Of a stretch of 64,000 nt of DNA, positions 54,607-64,000 are shown piece after piece. A program made the translations under genes and the position numbers. Numbering within the stretch: the stretch's first letter is position 1; each line of letters begins with the position of its first letter. The DNA is from Auanema rhodensis (taxonomy: Eukaryota > Animalia > Nematoda). The notes under the pieces were generated by a model. It was not told where the DNA came from. It did no database searches and saw only the letters and a list, made by a program, of their open reading frames with translations. Where the stretch lies: the NCBI GenBank assembly GCA_964057225.1, contig OZ059895.1, positions 14,012,001 through 14,076,000 of the forward strand. The letters are read 5' to 3'.

Positions 54607-55215
54607 ATTTATTTAATTCTTTTTAGTTATAATAGTTTATATTTGGCTAAATATAGATAAGTTAAGCCATATCAATTTTTATTTTTGTTTTTATTTTTTG
54701 TTTAATTTTATTAGAAAATCACATTCTTATCACTTGCATATCAATTTCTTTTGTGTTTTTTCATTACCTAAGACCCAGTGTATATGACTTTCACCGATGA
54801 CGTTATCATCCATTACAATACGATCTATCCATTACTTATTTCATTATATTTCATGACTAGATTATCTTTTTCGACAATTTATTTTCATTTTATTAGAATT
54901 TGTTGTCCATAATTTTCTTAAAAAAACAATAAGAAAACTGTTTAGTAAGTTCATAGATGCTCACAGTTTAAGCAACGTCATAGCTTTTTTTCTACTTTTT
55001 CTTCTTCTTCTTCTTCTTCATCATGTTTTTTTTTGTAAAAAAATTAAAACCAAAGTTGTATTAATTAAAAAATCTTTTTTCTTTGATTATAATATTATAA
55101 TAAATTTCATTTATAATTAAAAAAAAATAATTTTATATAATGAAAAAAACTATTTTTTCCCAAATTGAGCTGCTGAACATCATCTATATTATACAATAAT
55201 TATAAAAAATTTATT

Positions 55216-58200
55216 TTAATGTCCATTTGAACGTGGTAAATCACTATGATACTTTAATAGCCATTCACTTATAAAGCCAATTGGATCTGCTGGACGACGT
55301 AATAGAACCTTATATGATTAAAGTTTATAAGAAAGTTAAACTTGAAATACCTCTGCTAATGCTTTAGTAAGTACTGGAGCAACTGTTCGAGCTAAGTATA
55401 TTCCATTCTCGCTGGTTGGTAAATCAACTCGGCCATGAACATAACGCTCAAAACGATGACGGTCAATGTCTTCTTCTTCTTCAAGTTGTCGTGCAGAATC
55501 GAAATTCGATCTGAAATATCTTAGTTTTTGAGCTTAATTCATATGCTCAAACTAACATATCACTCTGAGAATCAGGACTTGCAGGACTTTCTATCATAGG
55601 ACCATCTTCCAATATTTCTTCTGTTATATTTTCATATTCATCATCTCGATCTTTGATTACTTTCAAGTCAATAACAGCATTTCTTCGATAATAATCCGGT
55701 GTTCTTCCTTCCTTCAATAGATTCATCTCTTACTAGAGTTTCAAGCTTGATCTCCTTACGTTATCAACAGCCATTGGATCAGCTCCAGCTTTTCCCAAAA
55801 TTTTCAAGTAATGACCGCCGTCTCGAGCTGCAGCAGCATAATGCATTGAAGTTCGTTTATTCTGAAATAGTAGTTGGACGAAATGCTGAATGAGACAAAA
55901 CGTTTTCGTACATAATCAGGAGCATTGAGAACTGAAGGGAAATGGCCAGCAATAAACCGGACAATATCGGTGTGTTCGTGAACAACAGCAGCATGTAATG
56001 GGGTACATCCAAAGCGATCACGTGCTAAAACATACGAATTTCTCAAAAACTTTCGAAACATTTGAAAAGAAAGATTCTTAAAGAAGTTGAAAATTCTTAT
56101 ATATATATACCTATAGCTAATTTCTTTGTGGTCATTAGTGTTTTAACCTTTTCTAAATCTCCTTCACGTATAGCACGATGAATTCCATCAATTTTTTCCT
56201 TTAAGATTAAAAAGTTTTTTTATTATAAAATATAAATAATCAAATTAAATAAGATTATGACATACCATATATGCAGGTAAATCATCTAAGAAGGTTGATG
56301 TATCTGGATTAGATGATGTTCGATTTTGAAGTAAATCTCCACATCCTATATAACAAAAATGAATTAATGATTAAAGATTATTTTATTTTTATTTAACTAT
56401 ATGTAGAATAAAATGTATTTTTCATATAAAAATGTTTAAATAATCAAGAACCTGATAGTACAAGTTGTTCTAATTTAGCTATTTGTCCATCACGTAGCCA
56501 TTGTTGTATTGATGATTCTAGATAGCTTGGAGCAACACGATTGTGTAAAACCTGAAGAGAACATATTTTCAATGATAATGAGATATCTGAAGTTATGTAG
56601 ATGTAGATGTAGATGTGTATGTGTACCTGTTTCAATGCTGCTTTCGTATCTAGGCGCATTGCACCTAAATCAATTTCACCTGAATGCTTAAGATAATATT
56701 TGGCTGGTCGTCCATTCTAAATTATATAACTTAGTAAATATATTTAAATATGAATATATGAATAAAAATATATTTTAAACGAACACAATCATATATATTT
56801 GGATCTGCACCCGATTTTCTCATAATTTTATACAAATATCCACCATCTCGTAATGCTGCACCATAATGTAATGGCGTTCTCTTTTTCTAAATTTATTTTT
56901 ATTAATTAAAAATATACAAATTTATAGAAAATATAAAAATTTATAGAAATATACAAATAGTACATGAAAAATGAGCGGAAAGTCGTACAATGTACGGAAC
57001 ACTTTTTAGATAATTATTGTGATTATTTCCTCTTAAGATTTTTTTCTCGTGGATAGTATCTAAAAATATGAATTACTTACTTGATCCATAGCATTTACTG
57101 ATTGTGGATAATTTCTAATTAAATATTTGGATATATCTGGTCGATCAAATACAATTGCCTGTAATTCATTGAATTATATGTGAAAATGAGGTGAATTAAC
57201 CTTATGCAATGGACTGAGCCCTCGAGAATCTCGACAGAGTGCCAGCTTCTTACGATCTGTTAGCAGTTTAACGGCTCGCAAATTGCCCGTTTCAACAGCC
57301 TTATGTATTGCTTGAATTTTAGCCTGAAAATCATTGATTAATAAATAATTAATGAAAATATATTGCCTGATATTGAGGTAATACTTCAAGAAATCCGATG
57401 CTATCTGCATCTTCAACCTCATGATTACGGCCAAGCAACAAGTCAGCGTAGCCAGTAAGTACAAGTTCTTCTAACTTTCCAATATTTCCCGTATGTATCC
57501 AATCATATATGTCTTCTTCCAAATCTTAAAAAAAATCATTCAAAGTAGAAGTTAAGATGAAAGAAAAACCTTGTAACAATGGTCGACTTAATTGTCCTGA
57601 TATGAGTTGATTCATAACAGCATTATCCTTCATACTTCGAACATTTAAACGTTGACCATGTGTCCGATAGTAAAACGGTGTATGGCCGTGCTTAATAAAA
57701 TATAATTAATATTAAAAAATAAAGAAAATATTAAAGAAAAGTTAATTATACTTTATCTTCTATAAAAGCGTCTCCACCACTTTTTTGAAGAACTTTAATC
57801 ATATGCTCTCCATTTGGATCAGCTGCAGCATAATGTAATGGAGTTCGACCGGCCTATAATTTCAAAATTGTATTATATTTTAATTATAAACAAATAAACA
57901 AATAAATAATCAATAATAATATAAAAATATTTTGATAATAGGACAAAATCTTCTAAACTTTTATCGATTTTGATTATAATTGCAAAAACAAAAAGAAAGA
58001 TTAGTTGTGTCTGAACAAAGCCTTACGGCTTAATGATAAAGGTGGTTACATTGAAGGATGGGAAGCCTGAAAGACGAGGCTATTTTCAAATAAACTGCTT
58101 TTCTCGTATAGATTTTTCTCTCAGTTCTTGCTAATTTTTAGCCAAAATATCAGTATTATTCAATAATTCATAGAGAAAAAAACAATTATTGAGAGAATAA

Positions 58201-58484
58201 AAGGACACATTAATCTAGAAAACATAGTTTCAAAGGTTTAATTGGAAAAAAAACTTAAGTTATGGTCGAAGATCGTTGTTATAAGAATATGATGATGGTG
58301 ATACTGATGATGATGATGAGGATGCTGATGATTATAAAAGCAACGGAAGTAGAGTGATGTAGCCATTTTGAGCTTTTCGTAAAAGGATATCACTTGACAA
58401 CAAGGTATTACTTCAGGCTATTTGATGGAAGATGGTGAAGATGCTATTTATGACCACGAAAGCTAAAGAATATGGAAGGAAGAG

Positions 58485-58529
<45 letters not shown>

Positions 58530-61253
58530 AGAGAGAGAGGGAGAGAGAATGTGTGAATGAAGATACATATAACGAGGAAGAGGGAAAGAGCTTCCGCGAG
58601 TAAAGGAAAACGAGACATGATAAGACACGAAGGCATGCAATAGAATGAGAAAAGTAATCCGGAAATTCGAAAAATTATTATTTTATATTAAATAAAAATA
58701 TAATTATTTATATAAATAAATATTTATTTATTTATTTTTAGTTCAAAAAATTATTTTTTTTTAAAAAAAATATGTGAATAAACAGATAAATTATATTATT
58801 TATAGATTAACAAATATCAATATGGAATATAAAATAATCAGAAATAATAACAATGAGATTGTTCCTGATACATCTCAAGATGCTGTGATGCTTCATCACA
58901 TCATCATACATGTAACATGTATTATAAGGCTTTAATTCAAGCTTCAAGCATTTCTATTGTATTAAAAAGAAATTAAAGAAAAAGATTAATCAATAGTTCA
59001 TATATAGTTAATTTAGAAAATAATATATAAAATAAAATTATAACTATATAATGAATAGTGTATGTATGAAGTATATAGAGATATACATACGTATAAACAT
59101 GGGTATAGTTGATATGTATGTATGTATGTATGTTCATACGTCATATGAACTTTCTTTTCAAAATATATTTTATAAAAATAGAATTTTAGATATCTTTAAA
59201 CATAATTTTTTTGCAAAAAATATGTGAATTTCATGAGAGATCATATAGAGAAACAAGTTGTTGGCTATTCTCTATATGTGTGTGAGCTTGTGTGAGTTTG
59301 TGTGGGTTTGTGTACAGGATGTAAAAGCTCGATGAATTAATCCGGGACGTTTTTCTATTTTTAAAAAAAATATAAGAGGATTTTTACAAAGACTTATATA
59401 TAGATATATGTATATTTATAAAAATGTTGAAAAGAAAAAGAATAAATATAAGAGATTTAGATAAAAATAATTATAAATAACCTTACATGATCAATGGAAT
59501 TGACGCAACTTGGATATTTTGTCAATAAATATCTGACTGTATTCGTTTGTCCATGTAATAATGCTTTGTGTAATGGTGTCATTCCTTTAATATTCATGTT
59601 TTTCATGATAATTCATGTTATTACTTCTGATTTACCGTATGAATCACGAGCACTTGCAAGCTGTGGACGGTCAATTAAGGATTTGACGCGACGAACATCA
59701 CCATCTTCTACAGCTTTGTGAATTGCATCGATTTTTGACTGAGTTGAGGTATAGATTGGATATCTTGTTATTCGAGCTTACCTGATATTGGGGCAAGCCC
59801 TTAAGGAATTCTTTACTAGCGGCATTCAGAGTAGATTTATCTCTCAACATGTGAGAACGACCATCAAGCACAAGTTGCTCCAACTTTTTCGTTTCTCCAA
59901 GTTCTATCCATTCATCTAATTGCTCTTCTGTTGGAGCATCTGGAATATTTTTTGTTTTTTTCTCAAATACATTCGGCGAAAGCTGGGAAAATGTTTGTTT
60001 TTTCCCCAAATTTTTATGAATAACTTTGGAAAGCCAAAATAATTTTAGAGATTTCTTCAGATTTCTCAGGACAATCTCTAAGGATTGCGAGCTTAAGCAT
60101 GGTTCTTACCAATACTTTCTATAAATAAGCGATTACGACTGTCATTCGACGACATAAAGAAGAAATTTGTAAATAGCTCTGTGGGCATTGAAGTCACAGC
60201 CGTTGCCAAAATCCGAAGATAGTTGAACGGATCATCTGCTGAACTGGATAACGAAGGCATGAAATGACGACACTCACACACACAAAAACTATAAATGAAT
60301 CGGACGACAAGTAAATGATTATAAGGAAAACATATTGAAAACAAAAAAAATGTTCTCGACGATAACGGCGACGACGATGGCGACGAATGGTGGATAGCCA
60401 AGGAAGCCACTAGCAGACTTCTCATGGCAGAAGCTGATGGAGCTAGTGTCTTATAGCGTTTGTCATGTTCAAGCTGTTATAGCACCAAACGAAGCACCGA
60501 GCCATCAGCTTCATATCGGGCGGGGAAGTTTTAGAAATAGACAAATCTCTTCTCCAATACATTAGTAATGGACTAAAAGTTCGATAAGACTAAAATGTTG
60601 AGGTCATAGTGATAATCATAGTTGAAAGAGCTGAGAGAAAGATGATGTAAAATTGACTTTATGGACAAGACAGAATTCGATTGAATTTAGGTGAATTATG
60701 GACGACATCTGACACGCAAGACCAGCATTTGTTCCGACGAATGATATCCAGATGATAATAATAACTAACATAAAATTATCTTTCCTCACATAACTTTAGG
60801 TTCTAGGGAAGTAAATAAGCAAAAAATGGGTGAAATGAAGAAAAGTAAAAACTTTTTTTTTCTTAAAAAATCAAAAAAAAAGTTTAAAATAAGCTTTTGA
60901 ATAGGAAAAATTAGATGATTTCTACCAGTATATTTGAAATTAAATTTGATAAAAATGAAAATGAAAATATAATTTAAAGTTAATATTAAACATATATAGA
61001 TAGATATGTAGATATATATTCAGGAAAAGTTTTAAGAATGAAAATAAGTTATTAAGGTTTTAAAGAAATGGGGGAATGGCATAAACTTGATATAACGATA
61101 ATGGAAATATTTATTTTTCATACATATATTATGTAATTCTTCGGAAATATAATGTTTAACCAGGAACAGTTAGTGCTTAAAGGGGGTGGGGTTCATTTGC
61201 ATCAGTAGCTCAGGAAATTCAAAGTACTTTTAACATCATCATAATGTAATATC

Positions 61254-61303
<50 letters not shown>

Positions 61304-62858
61304 ATGTCTCTATATCTCTCTATGTCTCTCTCTCATTCACTCTCAATCTTGTTCCTTATTCTACTCTCTTAATCTCTAACCCTGTTCTACTTGCTCTCTA
61401 TCTCTCTTTTTCTACGATTTTTTATACAAGTTTACTTAAAATTGATAAGATTTTTCATGAGCATACTCACTAAAAAATTCGAAAAAAAATTGTTAACGAA
61501 CCTGGATCATAGAATTCATCATCCGTTGACACTTCACGACGCATCAGACTCGATGTATCAGATGCTGGCCGAACCAGACGACGGGGTGATAAACGATAAG
61601 CTTCAGCCGAGTTGCCGTCCTATAGCAGAAGAAGCAAGTAAGAAGCTTGCATTAGGCGGGACCGGATGTAAAACTTACCGCATCTTCTATCTTCGTGTCC
61701 GTGCCCAGATCCACGAGAGTGTCGTATATAGCGTTAGGCTGGATAGCAGCGTAATGTCCGGCTGTCCTTCCACACTAAAATGAAAATGATTTGAAAACTT
61801 TTTGCAGAAAAAAAAGAGAAAAAGAAGAAAAAAAAAAGATTAAAAGTACTTGATCTTGTAAAGTAAGAGTTTGAGGATGATGTAATCCAATATATTCAGC
61901 AATTTCATGGCGTTCCCGAAGTACGGCTATATGTAGTAAGTACATTCCTGCAAAAACAACATTGGAAACTAATTTCAGAATTACACAGATGTTTTCTGAC
62001 CCCTAGTATCACGAGCTGCAACTATTTCATCATCTAATAATTGTTGAAATCGAAGTTCATCATTCTTTTCAATTGTATTAATAGCATCATTCATTTTTAT
62101 CTAAATTAATTGATTAAAATGCTTTAATTAATCAAATTTTGTCACTTGAATCTTACGAAAAGCTGAAATATGCTGAATAAGCTTTTCATTGCCAATGTTT
62201 TTCTTCAAAACGCGCCATATTTGATCGGCTTTTCCTTCCATTTGTAATTCTTCCAAAACCTACACAAAATTATTTTTTTCTTTTATCTTTAATATTATAG
62301 AAAACTTGATAATTTCCTTTTGACATATCCATACTCAATAAACGTTCCATAATATCTGGATCTACTGCTCCTTCCAAGTTGATATCTGTTAACTCGGGTT
62401 TATCCCTAAAAACAAACAAAAATATTTCATTATCAACGAAACATATACAGCTTTTACCTCATTTTATCGGTTTCGACCGAATGAAATCGGGATTGATGCA
62501 AAATTTTTGTTCTTGAACCCTGTAAAAGGAAAAATATCAAATTTGAATTTCATTTATATGAAGAAAATGAAAAATATGATGATGCTGATGATGATGATGA
62601 TGATGATGATAAAGCAAGATGGATCAAACTAAGATTTCATTTATTTTCATCATTTCTACTAGCTGGCTTCTTAGCTCAAAATCAAAATCGTCAACTAGGT
62701 TCAAATATTTTCTTTTTCATTATTAATAAAGAAAAATATTTAAGAAATATGTTAATAATGATTAAAATAAAATTGAATTAAAGTTGAAAAACATGCATAT
62801 ATGAATGAAGAGAATCTTAAAAGCTCCCACCACCCCATAGCTAAGTATACGAGAGAGC

Positions 62859-62909
<51 letters not shown>

Positions 62910-63343
62910 AAGTCAATGAAGCAAACTTCCGTTATAAGTATATAAGAAGGCAAAATGGAAATGATGACTAATATTATATAATAATAATAATAATAAAATA
63001 AATAAAAATTAAATATAAAATAGTATATACTACATACATACATATGTAGTTGATGATATACAACTACTAATGAATAGCTAGAGATTGAAAATATTATAGA
63101 ATGAACAGATACAACAAAGAGGATTCTGTGAAGGAAAAACAAATTTTGAAAAGCCTTAGAGAAATAATCAAAAATATAAAATGAAATAGTAATATTTGAA
63201 AATGAAACGTCGATTTCTTTCGACCAAAACAAATGAGAAACGTTTGTTGTTTTACAAATATTTCAGATAATTTTTTTTATTATAATAATTTTATAAAATA
63301 AGTTATAATAATTTAAATATAATAAATGAATATACATATATAG

Positions 63344-63377
<34 letters not shown>

Positions 63378-64000
63378 TGAAAGAGAAATGATATGAAATG
63401 TGATGACTGATTATCTCAGAAGAAGAGAAAAATGCCCGGAGAAGAGGGGGGGGGGAGGATGTAGAAGAGGATGATCCATGTAGAAAATCGTCTCTTGTTT
63501 TATCTTTTTACATAAACTACTTTACTAATTTATAATCAAAATATCCCGAAATAAACGAAATATTTTCTTTTTTTTCCATGAAAAAGAATAGAAAAAAAGA
63601 TTTTTTTTTCAAATTCAACTTATATAACTTACCCGTCGTTGTTGAGTTTTTGGAACAAGTAGCATATTCTTAACATTAGCAACAGCTGCAGGTACACGAC
63701 CTTTCTATAAAAATTCAAATAATTTATATTAGAAATCATTAATTTTTAATTTTTAAAAATTATAATAAAATACTTTTATAATATTAAAATAAAAATATGA
63801 TAGATAGTCTTATATACATGTTATTTAATTTAAAAAAAAAAGAAAAAGAAACTTCTTCCATGAATAGCCTTACCTTATCTGTTAATTGTGCTGCTTCTGG
63901 ACATAAATGTAGTAAATAACTAATAACAGGCTCAAATCCTCTTCTAAATTATATATTTAATATTATATAATTATAATAATAATAATAATAATAATATTAC
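55216..64000 (-). CDS. Large ankyrin-repeat protein with C-terminal Dpy-30 motif; 5' end lies beyond the window
   Basis: Repeated units (KLEQLVLxG...LPQYQxKIxAIHKAVExG...RDxxGxTPLH...RTPLHYAAA...GAD) and YLARTVAPVLTKALAEVLLRRPADPIGFISEWLLKY before the stop at 55216; further exons up to ~63945. Confidence 0.88.
58488..58548. repeat. (GA)n/G-run microsatellite, intronic
   Basis: Seen directly in the sequence. Confidence 0.9.
61257..61334. repeat. (TC)n microsatellite, intronic
   Basis: Seen directly in the sequence. Confidence 0.9.
62851..62906. repeat. (GA)n microsatellite, intronic
   Basis: Seen directly in the sequence. Confidence 0.9.

Noticed and set aside
62762-63232. 156-aa hydrophobic ORF, and similar ones at 12589-13041 and 50967-51311
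   Set aside because: Low-complexity AT-rich or microsatellite translations in introns or intergenic DNA.

Overview
AT-rich, intron-dense eukaryotic DNA from a rhabditid nematode. It has many ~40-55 nt introns, TTTTCAG acceptors, an operon-like gene run and (CT)/(GA) microsatellites. I reconstructed about 18 spliced genes by hand, in order: T-box factor (tbx-7-like), sterol C4-methyltransferase strm-1, a winged-helix + nucleoside-phosphorylase (PNP_UDP) protein, a PTB-domain Pro-rich protein, a 121-aa Shisa/WBP1-like membrane protein, an orphan with two FGSSTPRD repeats, the vha-1>vha-2>synergin-gamma operon, sqv-3, KCTD10-like, BRX1, dnj-16, xbp-1 (with a clear 23-nt IRE1 intron and an overlapping XBP1u frame), pelota, ceh-20/Pbx, a decayed retropepsin-like gene, lin-48/ovo, and a large ankyrin + Dpy-30 gene that runs off the right end. 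From recall, the order resembles several C. elegans chromosome III neighbourhoods joined together. Most ORF-track entries are exon fragments or spurious. Best leads: the immune-type PNP domain with a rewritten catalytic motif, a Meis/Pbx/Hox site cluster upstream of ceh-20, overlapping xbp-1/pelota 3' ends, the FGSSTPRD repeat protein, and the aspartic-protease pseudogene. No searches were run; family calls rest on recognised motifs.
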